64,000 bases of DNA from an uncultured Planctomycetota bacterium. GTDB taxonomy: Bacteria; Planctomycetota; Planctomycetia; Isosphaerales; Isosphaeraceae. The notes beneath the pieces are model-generated. The model did not search any database, was not told the origin of the DNA, and saw nothing but the letters and a program-made list of their open reading frames with translations. The translations under genes were made by a program, and so were the position numbers. The first letter of the stretch is position 1. Each line of letters starts with the position of its first letter. Positions 18,901-30,900 of this stretch are shown piece after piece. The DNA is taken from NCBI GenBank assembly GCA_963737655.1, contig CAVTTN010000002.1, positions 768,001-832,000 of the forward strand, read 5' to 3'.

Positions 18901-21900
18901 TAGGCGGGCGACGGGCCGACGAGGAACGCCGAGGCGGCCTCGAACGTGCCGTCGCCGACCCCTTGGAGCACATCCACGCCGGTGGACCCATAGTCGCCCG
19001 ACGAGGCGACGTCGAGGAACGTGGAGGCGAGGTCCAGCTTGCCGTCGCCGTTGAAATCGCCGATCGAAAGGCCGAAGGGAGCGGAACCGATGTACTCGCC
19101 GATCGGGGCGAGGAACGTGCCGTCGCCTCGGTTCGCCAGGATCCGGAGCTGGTCGCCGACGACCTCGACGAGGTCCGCCTTGCCGTCATGCCGGAAGTCG
19201 CCCGCCATCAAGACGTAGGGGATGGGGCTGGAAGTGGAGGTGGGCGGGCCGGGGGGGTACGTCGCGGGGGCGCCGAAAGTCCCGTCGCCGAGGCCCAGCA
19301 ACACCACGGTCGTCGAGTCGTAGCGAGTATAGGGAGAGGCCAGGTTGCCGAGTTCCTCGACCGCCAGGTCGAGCTTGCCGTCGCCGTTGAGGTCGGCCGC
19401 CGCGATCGACAGGGGCATCATGTCCGGGAGCGAGAGCGACGGGGCCTGGAACGTCCCGTCGCCGTTGCCCAGGAGGATGGCGAGGCCGGAACCGACGGAG
19501 TAGGTTTGCGAGCCGTCGTTCAGCCCGCCGAGCCCCGCGACCAAATCGAGCTTGCCGTCGCCGTTGAGGTCGGCCAGCGCGATCGGGCCGGCCGTCGCGG
19601 CCCCGGCGACGATCGCGGGGGCCTGGAAGGTCCCGTCCCCAAGACCCAGGAACACGATCGCCCCGACCAACGGGCCGGTCGCCACGAGGTCGAGCTTGCC
19701 GTCGCCATTGAGGTCGCCGGCGGCGAGATGCGAGAAGTTGGCATCGGCGTCGAAGCTCGCGGCGGCCCCGAACGTGCCGTCGCCCAGGCCCAGGAGGATG
19801 CTCACGCCCTGCGGGGTCGCGACGGCCAGGTCGGGCTTGCCGTCGCCGTTGAAGTCGCCGACCACCACGGCGGTCGGGGGATACAGGCCGGGGACCGGGT
19901 AGTTCACGCCCGGCGAGAAGGTGTCGTCGCCCCGGCCGAGAAGGACGGCCACGCCGGCGCCCAGGAGCACGACGTCCAGCTTGCCGTCGCCGTTGAAGTC
20001 GCCCGAGGCGATCCTCACCGAAGCATTGTTGTTCACGGCGATCGGCGCGGCCGTGAGGGTGGGTTGCGCGGCGAGGTAGGTACCGTCGCCGGCCCCTTTC
20101 AGGACGCTCACCGCGTCGTCGGCAGGGTCGATCGCCGTCAGGTCGGGCTTGCCGTCGCCGTTGAAATCGCCCGCCGCGATCGCGCCGTACTGGGTGCCGT
20201 TGGAGGCGATGCCGGACCCGGCGGCGAAGGTGCTCGCCGTGACGAAGCCGGCGCCCGTGCCGAACAGGACCTCGACGCTCCGGCCCCCGAGCAAGGCGAT
20301 GTCGGGGCGGCCATCGCCGTTGAAGTCGGCGGGGGAGATGGCCGCGTAGGATGCTTGCACCGACGGGAAGTCGCGGATTGGCCCGAACGTGCCGTCGCCG
20401 GCACCCGCGATCAGGGCCAGCGGCTCGAAGCCGAAATTGGCGACGGCCATGCCGTCCGCGCCGACCAGGTCGAGCTTGCCATCGCCGTTGAAATCGCCCG
20501 CCGCCGCCGGCACGAAGCCGTTGGAGGCGGGATAGGCCAGGGGTGCGGCGAACGTGCCATCGCCGGCGCCGAGGAACACGCCCTGGCTGGTGGCAATGTC
20601 CAGCTTGCCGTCGCCGTTGAAGTCGCCCGGGGTCACGTCCATGCCGGGGGCCACGGCCAGGGCCGCCCCGAACGTCCCGTCGCCGAGACCGAGCAGGAGG
20701 CTGGTCAAGGTCCCTCCGTGAGTGATGAGGAGGTCGGGCTTGCCGTCGCCGTTGAAGTCGCCGACGTGGATGGCGCTCTCATAGCCCAGGTTGAGGTAGC
20801 GCCGCGAGGGCGCGCCAAACGTGCCGTCGCCCTTGCCGAGGAGGATGCTGAAGCCGCCGCTGTAATCGACGATCCCGGCGGCGTGGGCGATCGCCAGGTC
20901 GAGCTTGCCGTCGCCGTTGAAGTCGCCCACGGCGACGTAGCCGAGGAGGGTCGAGTCCCCGAAGGTGATCGCCGGCCCGAATGTGCCGTCGCCGTTGCCC
21001 AGGAGGATGCTGTTGTTGGTCGCGATGTCGAGCTTGCCGTCGCCGTTGAAGTCGCCCACGACCACGTTGACGGAGTCCGAGCCGACGGGATAGCTCACCT
21101 CCGGCGCGAAGGTCCCGTCGCCGTTGGAGAGCATCACTTCCACCCCGATCGTGGCCGTCCCGTACGCGTCCGGGAGGCCGCCGAGCGCCACGAAGTCGGC
21201 CTTGCCGTCGCCGTTGAGGTCGGCGATCGTGAACGCACCCGACGGCCCGCCGCTCAGGTTGGCCGTCGGGGCCTGGAACATGCCGAGCTTGGCGGGCGTG
21301 GCCACGGTCGTGCTGCCCCCGGCGTCGCGGATCGTGACCTGGACGGTGAACGTGGCCGGACCTCCGTAGGTGTGGCTTCCCGTCACCTGGAAGCCACCGC
21401 CCGGCCTCGCGGCGACGACCCCGGCCGAGGTGGGCGAGCCGTCGCCCCAGTCGATCGTGGCCGAGAAGTCGCCGACCGAGCTGCCCGGGTTGGCGTCGGT
21501 GAACGTGGCCACCACGGCGGTGAACGGCGTGTTCTCGACGGGATTGATCGGCAGGGCGATCGCGGCCAGCGGCGCATCGAGCACCACGGCCGAGGTGCTC
21601 ACGACGGCTGTCGCGGCCTGGGCCACCTGGTCCACTCCGAGCGGATAGGTCGTGGCGAAGGTGTCGCCGTCCGGACCGATCGCGATGCGGACGACCGAGC
21701 CGCCCGGATCGGTGGTCAACTCGGCCGTCAGGCCGTCGGCGGCCCGCAGTTGGAGGGCGAACGTGCTGCCGAACGACCCGTGATCCGGCTTCGATAGCGC
21801 GTCTCCCGAGACCGTCACGTCGAAGCTCAGGCTCGTGCCGAAGGTGAAGCCTTGCTTCGTCTCGCCGAAGGGCGAATTGTTGTGGAGGTCCAGGGTCGCC

Positions 21901-24900
21901 GGGAGCGTCCCTCCGCCGACGCTGGACAGGTTCGAGAGGAGGACGTCCGCCGACGACGACCCGGGCACGGCGGCGGCGTTGAACTGGAAATCGAGGAAGC
22001 CGGTGGAACCCGCGATCGCGGTCGTATCGACCACGACGTGATAGGTGACGTGACCCACGGCGTCGATGGCCGCCGAGGAGCTGGCGGCGGAATGGATCGT
22101 GCCGTCGGGCGCTCGCACGCTCACGCGGATCTGGTCCTGGCCTTCCTCGGCATAGGTGTGCGTGCCATCGACGGTGAACGCGCCGTCGCCGGTGGCCAGG
22201 ATGCTCCCGGCCGAGGTCGTGCCGTCGCCCCAGAGGATCGTGGCCGAATACTGGCCGGCCGTGCTCGCGTCGGTCTCGGTGAAGCGGGCGACGGCGCCGG
22301 TGAACGCCTCGCCCTCGGTCGCCTGCACGGGCAGGTCGAAGACCTGCAAGACGCCGGCACCCTGCGCGTTGATCCGCTCGACGAACGCATCGTCTCCGGG
22401 ATTGCCGAAGAGGCCGGTATAGGCCGGCTGGGCGGCGTCCAGGGTCCGCAGGTCGGTGGACGCGGTCTGGCCGGTGACGAAGACGTCCCCTGCCGAGTCG
22501 GCGGCGATCCCGTCGCCGGAGTCGTCGCCGTTGCCGCCCAGGTAGGTCGAATATAGCAACCCCGATCCGCCCGCCTGGATCCCGGCGACGAAGGCATCGG
22601 TCTTCCCCGAGGTGCCGTTGACGTCGGTCCCGCCCTGGGTGGCGGATTGCAGGGCGTGGGCGATCGGGAAGTCGAGCGAGGCGGTCTGCCCCGTGACGAA
22701 CGCCTCGCCGGCCGCGTCCACGGCGATGCCGTTGCCCTCGTCCGCGTCCTGGCCCCCGAGGTACGTGGAATAGACCAGGGCCGCGCCGCCGGCCTGGATC
22801 TCGGTCACGAAGGCGTCGCCGATCCGGTTCGGATTGACGGCGGGGAGGAGGTCTCCCGGGTGCGATTGCAGGGCGTGGAAGGTGGGGAAATCGATCGACG
22901 TGGTGCTGCCGGTGATATAGGCGTTGCCGGAGGAGTCCACGGCGATGGCCCGTCCGGAGTCATGCGCGCCATCGGCCGGAAAGACGCCGGTCGTGCCGCC
23001 GAGGTAGGTGGAGTAGACCAGCCCCGCGCCGCCGACCTGGAACTCGGTGACAAACGCGACGGCATGGCCCCCGTCGTCCACGCCGGGGAACGTCGCCTGG
23101 AACGCGTTGAGCGTCGGGATGGCGGTGTCCGTGGTGCCGGTGATGTAGGCGTGCCCGGCCGGGTCCACGGCGATCCCGCCGACCTCATATCCGCCGAAGT
23201 AGGTCGAGTACACCAACGCCGAGCCGGTGGGGTTCAGCTCGGTCACGAAGACATTGCCGGGGGTCGTCTGATACGCATTTTTCAAGGGAAAGTTGGCCGA
23301 TCGGGTCGTGCCCGTCACGTAGGCGTCGCCCGAGCCGTCGATCGCGATGCCAAGGCCCTCGTCCCCCTGACCGCTGCCGCCGAGGTAGGTCGAATAGAGG
23401 AGCTTCGAGCCGCTCGGGTCGAGCTTGGCCACGAACGCGACGAACCCGCCCGGGGCCACGGGTTCGAAGACTCCGCCGGTCGTCGGGAAGTCGGCCGAGG
23501 AGGTGTAACCCGTGACGTACGCGTCCCCGGCCGCATCGACGGCGATCCCCAGGCCGGCATCGCCCCCGCTGCCGCCCAGGAAGGTGGAGTAGACGAGGTG
23601 GCCCGAGGGGTCGAACTTGCTCACGAACACGTCGTTGCTGGAGAAACCCGTGCCGGTGTCGGCCGGCTGGAACGGCAGGAACGTCGGGAAGTCGTGCGAG
23701 GCGGTCGTGCCCGTCACGTAGGTATTGCCTGCGGCGTCCACGGCGATGGCGTTGCCGCTGTCCACGCCGCTCCCGCCGAGGTAGGTCGAGTAGATCAGGA
23801 CCGGGTCGATCACCAAAGGGCGCGTCCGGTCGTAGACCCCGACGTGGAAGCCGACCTGGCCCGACCCTTCGAGGACATACCCGCCGGTCACGGCCTGGCG
23901 GACGCCGTTGACCTCCTGGTAGATCACCGGGGCCTGCTCGGTGACGTCGCCCGCGGCGGTGTGCAGGACGAGGTCGCCCTCGGAGTCGAGGTCCATGCCG
24001 TACGCCCCGGAGAACCCGAGCCGGATCGCCCCGGGGTCGGCGGCGGGGGCGAGCGTGAAGTTGTATTCCAGGCCGCCGTCGCGGTCGAGGTAGTCCAGGG
24101 CGATCCCGGGATAGACCTCCTCATATTCGACCCGGCCGAACCGCGGGACCCCGACCTGCCATGGATTGGACGACCCGTTCATGTAATTCACCGCGCCGGA
24201 GAGCTGATCGAGCCCGACCACCTGGGGCGAGGCGTTGGCGTCCACCAGCCGCAAGTCGAGGAGGGTGGGCGCCGGCGAGGGCGATCCCACCACTCCCGAG
24301 GGCGGCGTCGGCAGGCTGAGGATGGCCTCGGTCGCCGTGAGCGAGAGGCTCGAATCGGCCGTGCGGGACAGATACAGGACCCCGACGGGCGCCTGGCCCT
24401 GGTTGGCCTCGAACCCGCGAGGGGGGGCCGCGGGGTCGTCCGGCGGGCTGTCGAAGGCGAGCACGGTATAGGTGAAATTCCCCAGGCCCGCCGGGAACGT
24501 GAATGGGACCAGGAAGCCGGGGGTCGTCTGGCCCCTCTGGAGGGCCAGGGCGATCGAGGGAGCGACCCTCAGGAACACGTCGCCGGAGGGTAGCACCGTG
24601 GCACCCACCGGCGTGACTCCGGCAGGCAGGCCGCGGAAGTCCAGGTCGATCGGCAGCGGAATATCCACGGCGCTCGCGTTCGTGATCGTGAGCGTGTCGA
24701 ACCGGATGATGCCGTTGGGGCCGTTGACCGGTCCGGCCACGTCGATGACCCGGACCTGCGGCGAGATCTCGGGCGTGGAGAGGATCGTGATCGGGGCCGA
24801 GGCCGTCCCGCCGGTGTCGTCGGTCAGGGTGACGGTCGCGTGGAGCGTCCCGGATTTCGCGAAGGGGTGGTCGCCCGAGACGGTGATCGTGTCGCCCGAG

Positions 24901-27900
24901 AAGGCCAGGACGCCCGACCCGGGGGGCGAGCCGTCGCCCCAGTCGATCGTGGCGACGTATTCGCTCTTGCCGACCTCGATCCCGCCCGGGATGGTGAACC
25001 TGGCGAGCTCCAGGCTGCCGGGATCGATCCCCTGGAAGACCTCGACCGTGGGCAGGGCCGGGAGCGCCACGGGCGGCGAATCGATCACGACGGCCGTGCT
25101 CGCCCCGAGGATCTGAGGGCTTCCGCCCAGGTCGCGGATGGCCACCGTCACGGGGAAGTCGCCCTCCTCGGCATAGGTGTGCGTGCCGGAGACGAGGAAG
25201 CCGTCGTTGAAGCTCGGCGCCAGCTCGAACAGGGGGCTGGACGAGAGGTCGGGCGTGCCCGGGCCGAAGGGGACCTCGTACAGGGTCGCCGCCCCCCCCC
25301 CGGCGATGGCGTAGAACCGGTTCGCCACCGGGTCGTGGAGGTCGTAGGCCAGGCCGCCGGTGAAGCCGTCGCCGAGGAGGAACTCGGGCGTGACCTTGCC
25401 CCCGACCGGGTCGAGGCGGACGAGGGTGGACACGCCCCCGGAGTCGTTGCTCACGGCGTAGAACGAGCCGTCGGCGGCATCCCAGGTCAGGCCGGTGAAC
25501 CGGGCCGATCCCAGGGCGAGGACCGGCGTCACGGCGTGGTCCACGCCGATGGAGTCGAGGGTCGATGCGCCGGTCGAGTCCGTGTCAATGGCGTAGAGCT
25601 TGAGGTCCGATTGGTCGTACGCCAACCCGCCGCGGAAGCCCAGGCCCAGCACGAAGTCGGGGGTGAGCAACCTCCCGTCCAGGGGGTCGAGGTCGATGAA
25701 ATCCAGGGTGGATACACCGGCCGCATCATTGGAGATGGCATAGAAGTACACGTCCTGCCCGGAGGACGAGGGGAGGGCCGCCAGGCCGCCGTCAAACCCC
25801 GGCCCGAGCTTGATCAAAGGCTTGACCTTGCCGTCCAGGGTCGCCTGGTAGAGATATGGGATGCCGTCGTCCGCGATGTTGGCCGGGTTGAATTTCACGG
25901 CGTCGTAGTTGCCGACCGCGAACAGCGTCCCGGACTCCGCGCCGATGGTCAGGCCCGTGCTCCCGCTGGCGGAGATGATGCCCCTGTCGGGGAGGCTCCC
26001 GTCGCCCCAGTCGATCGTGTCCGCGTAATCGCTCACCATCCCGCCCGGGTCGGCGTCGGTGAAGGTGGCGACCACGCCGGAGAAGACCTGCCCCTCGATC
26101 GGCCTGAGGGCCTTGCCGGTCGCTTTCAGGATGTTGTCATCGACGTCGACTTCATCGGTGACGGAAGTCGTGGCCCCGCCCACGTCCAGGATCGTGACCT
26201 TGAAGGTGAACTTCCCCTCCTCGGGGTAGGCATGGGTGGCCGTGACCTTGAACCCGCCGCGATCATCGGCCGCGATCGTGCCCGGCGAGGGGTCGGTCTT
26301 GTCGCCCCAGTCGATCGTGGCCGAGAAGTCGCCGGCCTTGCCGTTGGGGTCGGCGTCGGTGAAGGTGGCGACGACCTCGGTGAAGGCCTCGCCCTCGTCC
26401 GGGTTCACGTCCACGGCCTTCGCGGTCAGCGGCGAATCGGCCACCCGGGCCACGCCGAAGGAGCCGGAGGCGACCTCGAATTGCGGGGGGGTCGGGTTCC
26501 CGGCGAGCTCGGTGCTGTTGTCGGCCCAGGCGGGCGTGAGCACTCCGGCGAGGAAGGTCAGGCCGGTGTTGGTCCCGTACTGGGCGCTCATCCCCGACGC
26601 ATCCAGGAGCGGGTCGGCCGCGTTGGAGAGGCCGGTGCTCACCGCCTGGTTCGGCGAGAACGTCAGGCCGCCGTCGCCGCTGATGGCGACATAATATTTC
26701 GCCTTCAGGCCGAGCAAGTCGTCGCGGGTGTCGTACCAGCCGACGGCGACCTCGCCGTTGGTCGGGTCCACGGCCAGGCTGGGCAGGAATCGGCTGGCGG
26801 TGGTCACGGCGACGTCGTTGACGCGGACCGGGGCGGACCAGTGGAGGCCCGAGTCGTCGGACGAGCGGACATCGATGCTCGTCGCGGTGCTCCCGACCGA
26901 GGGGGCGTCGGTATACACGAGGTAGACTCGGCCCCGGCGGGGGCCGTTGCTCAGGTCGTAGGCCAGCGCCGCCCCGGCCGTAATCCCTCGCTGGGATTGG
27001 GCGGGGATCGTGGTGAACGACGTGACCCGCGTGTCCGCGGCCGGCCGTGTCGGGCCGAACGCCGCCGGGCCCGGGCCGTCGGGATCGAGGCTGGTCGAGA
27101 TCGAGTCGATTCCCGCCATCGCGCCGGGCTTCTGCACGAGGGCCAGGACCTGCCCGTTGGGGCCGACGGCGATCGCGCCGAAGTTGCGGTCGCCGGTGTC
27201 CGGCACCACCTCGACCCCGGCGGCCTGGACGTTGGCCAGGTGCAGGCCCGTCGTCGTGAAGGCGAACGGCCGGAACTGGTCCAGGTCCAGGTCCTTGGCC
27301 GAGACCCACACGCTGGCCGTCGCGGCGACGGGACCCGGGCCGGTGGCGATCATCGGAGGCCCGACCCCGGACGCTCCGCTGGAATGGGCCGCGGCCAGCG
27401 CCTCGAAGGTCAGGCCGCCATCGTCGCTGTAGACGACCACGATCGCGTCGTCGGCCTCGTCCACGTACGCCAGGAACAGGTTCCCGAACTGGTCGAAGAC
27501 CGCCCGGGGGGAGCCGAGGGCCTCGGGCAGCGAGTCGGTCCCGTCGGCGATCACGCGTGACTTCCAGATCGCCCCGCCGTCGGTGCTGGTGGCCACCAGC
27601 AGGCCGAGCGAGCCGTCGACGTTCGACGCCAGGAACCGATGCGACGGCGTGGTCGGGTCGGCGGCGGTCGTCTCGGAGTTCTCGTCGCCGGGGTGGACGC
27701 TGGCATCGTTGGCGTTGGTCGCGGACAGGTCGTCGGCGGGGTCGTTGATCGTGACCACGATCGGGAATCCGCCCGTGCCCAGGTAGGTGTGAGACCCGGT
27801 GACCTGGTACAGGCCGGCCGAGGTCTGGGCGATCTGCCCGGCGGTCGGGGGCATGCCGTCGCCCCAGTCGATCGTGGCGGTGAAGTTCACGGCGTTCAGC

Positions 27901-30900
27901 GTGGGGTCCTTGTCCAGGAAGAGCGTAACCTCCTTGTTCGCGAAGGCCTGGCCCTGGCTGGCGTCCACGGCCTCGCCCCGGACCACGAGCGGCGCGAGCG
28001 AGACCCTCGCCGTGGCGACCCGGGCGGCGGCCATGTCGAACTGCGGGAGGTCGCGGTTCCCGGCCAGGGCCGGGCTGTTGTCCGCCCAGGCTGGATTGAC
28101 GATGCCGTTGACGAAGGCGAGCCCACTGTAATCGCCATACTGGTTCCCCTGTCCGGCGCCGTTGAGGGCGAAGCCGGGGCTATTCGCGGGCGTGAGCGAG
28201 GCATCGGACATCCCCACGCTTACCGGCACGTCGGCCGAGAACGTCAGGCCGCCGTCGTTGCTGATCGCGACGAGGAACTGGGTCTTCGTGTCGTTGGGAT
28301 CGCTGCGCGTGTCGTACCAGGCGACCGCGATGTCCCCGTCGGATTGATCGACGGCCACGCTCGGCAGGAACAATGTGCTGTCGCCGTCGGAGTTGTCGAC
28401 CCGCTTCGGGCTGCTCCAGGTCCGGCCGTCGTCGTCGGAAAATCGGATCACGAGGAACGTGTCGATGTTTTGGGGAGTGAGGCATTCGGTGTAGACGAGA
28501 TAAACGCGGCCGTCGTGAACGCCCCCGCTGCGGTCGTAGACGAGATTCGCCTCCGCGTCCACGGTCCTCGTCTGCTGCGGGGCGACGGGCTTGCGCGCAC
28601 CCACGTTGGTGGTCGCGGCGACGGTCGCGGGTCCGAATCCCAGCTTGCCCAGCCCGTCGGGGTCGAGGCTCACCAGGATGTTGGCCGGGCCGAGTTCCGG
28701 CGCGGGGTCGTCGTCGGACGCGGCGCCGGTCTGCCAGTTCACGAGCACCTGGCCTTTCGGCCCTAGGGTGATGCTTCCAAAATTCCCCCCCACCGAACCC
28801 GGCACCTCGGCCGGGACGGCGTCGAACGGATCGACCTTGCCCAGCCCCGTCACGCGGGAGCCGATTGCTTCGATCATTCCCGAGGTCTGGTCCGAATACG
28901 AGATCCAGACGCTGCCCACGGGCACACTCGCCGTGCTGCCAGGGCCGGGGCCGGTCGCGATCGACGGCTGATCCACGCCCATCGCGCCAATGGCGGGGAA
29001 CGACGCCAGCGGGGTGAAGGTCTTGCCGCCATCGACGCTCATGATGATCTCGACCGTCGCCCCGGCCGCGCTGACGTAGGTCAGGAACAGGTTCCCGAAG
29101 TTGTCGAAGGTGGCCTGGGGGTCGGAGAAGGCGTCGACGATCTGGCCGTCGTTGTCGCCGATCAGGTGGTCCTCGGCGTCCGTCGGGGTCCAGGTGACCC
29201 CGCCGTCGGTGCTGTAGGCGGCGAAGAGGCCGCCGCGGAAGCCCCCGACCGGGGCCGGCAGCGCCTGGCTGTTGGAGGCGGAGAACACGCGGGACGGGTT
29301 CGACGGGTCGATCGCGATCGTGGTCTCGGACTGGTTCCGCAAGAGCCGGGTCACGTCGGTGGCGTTGTCGGCATCGCGGCCGGTGAGCGTGTCATGCACC
29401 GTCACGACCACGGGGAAGGTCCCGACCTTCATGTAGGCGTGGTTGCCGGAGACCTGGAACGGCGTGCCGGGGCCTCCGGGCTGGACGATCGGCAGGGCGT
29501 TCGAGATCGTCCCGTCGCCCCAGTTGATCTTGGCCGTGAACTCGCCGGGCTGGGCCTTCGTGTCCAGGGTGGTGAACGTGGCCACCGGGCCGGACACCGG
29601 CACGCCCTTCGACAGCACGAGGGGGACGCCGATCACCGTCAAGGTGCGCCCGGAAATCTTCGCGACGAAGGCGTCCTCGAAGCCGTCGAGCGACGCTTGC
29701 ACGGGGTCGGTCGCCGGGGTCACAGGGAACGTGGCCGAGAGGGTGAAGCCCGAGATGTAGGCGTTGCCCACGGCATCAAGGGCGATACCCAGGCCGCTAT
29801 CGTCGCCGGCGCCCTGGCCCCTGTTTTCGCCGGAACCTCCCAGGTAGGTCGAGTAAACGAGTGAGTGGCCGTCGAGGCTGAACTCGGCGGCGAAGGCGTC
29901 GCCGAGATACTGGTTACCGAGGGCTGCGGCCGGTCCGCCGAAGGTCGCCTGGATGGCGTTCTTGGTCGGGAAGTTGGTGGAGGAGGTCGAGCCGGTCACG
30001 AAAGCGTGGCCCTGCGAGTCCACGGCGATGCCCCGACCGACATCCTCGCCGTTGCCGCCCAGGAGACTCACATAGACCAAGCTCTGCCCGTCCTGGCTGA
30101 ACTTCGCCACGTAGGCATCGGACTCCAAGATCCCATTGAGCGGTGCTGGGGTATCGCCCAGCGCGGGTTGGGGCGCGCCCACGAGCGGCAGGTCGGCGGC
30201 GTTGGTGGAACCCGTGATGTAGGCGAAACCGTGGGGGTCCACGGCGATGGCACGGGCCGAGGTCAACGTGTCCAGGTCGCCGTACGGGGGCTCGTTGTAA
30301 GGAGTCGTCCCCTTCAAGACGGCGGAGTAGATCAGGTCCGAGCCGGCGGGGTTGAACTTCGCCACGAAGGCCCCCACATAGCCCTGGATGGGTGCCCCCA
30401 GCCCGGCCGACGACTTGGTGGGGAAATCGCTCTCACTCGTCTCCCCCGAAACGTAGGCGTCGCCGTCGCCGTCGACCGCAATCCCGTAGCCGCCATCAAT
30501 GGAGCCGACACCGCCGGTGTTACCGTGGAGGTAGGTGGAGTAGACGAGTGCGGTGCCCGAGGAGTTGATCTTGGTGACGAAGGTGGACGGCGATTCGAAA
30601 TTGGTTTTCCCCGGGCCCTGCTGATATGCCCCCGGGGTGGTCGGGAAATCGGTCGTCTCGGTGCTTCCGGTCAGGTACACGCTGTCGTCGCTGCCCAGGG
30701 CGATGGCGTTGCCGTAGTTCAGTCCGTTGCCCCCGAGGGTGGAGGCGAAAATGAACGCCGTGCCCGTGGCGTTCAGTTTCGCCACGAACGCGGCCGGGCC
30801 GTTGAGCTGCTCGGCCTGGAGGGGCTTGCCGTCCGGGGAGTTGCTCACCGTCGGGAAGTCGCCATCGACCGTGTACCCCGTTATGTACGCATCCCCCGCG

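Noticed and set aside
17930..21240. Regularly recurring GCCGTCGCCGTTGAAGTCGCC sequence that looks array-like
   Set aside because: These are coding FG-GAP (GDFNGDGK) repeats with irregular spacing and synonymous variation; not a CRISPR array, and no cas genes are present.
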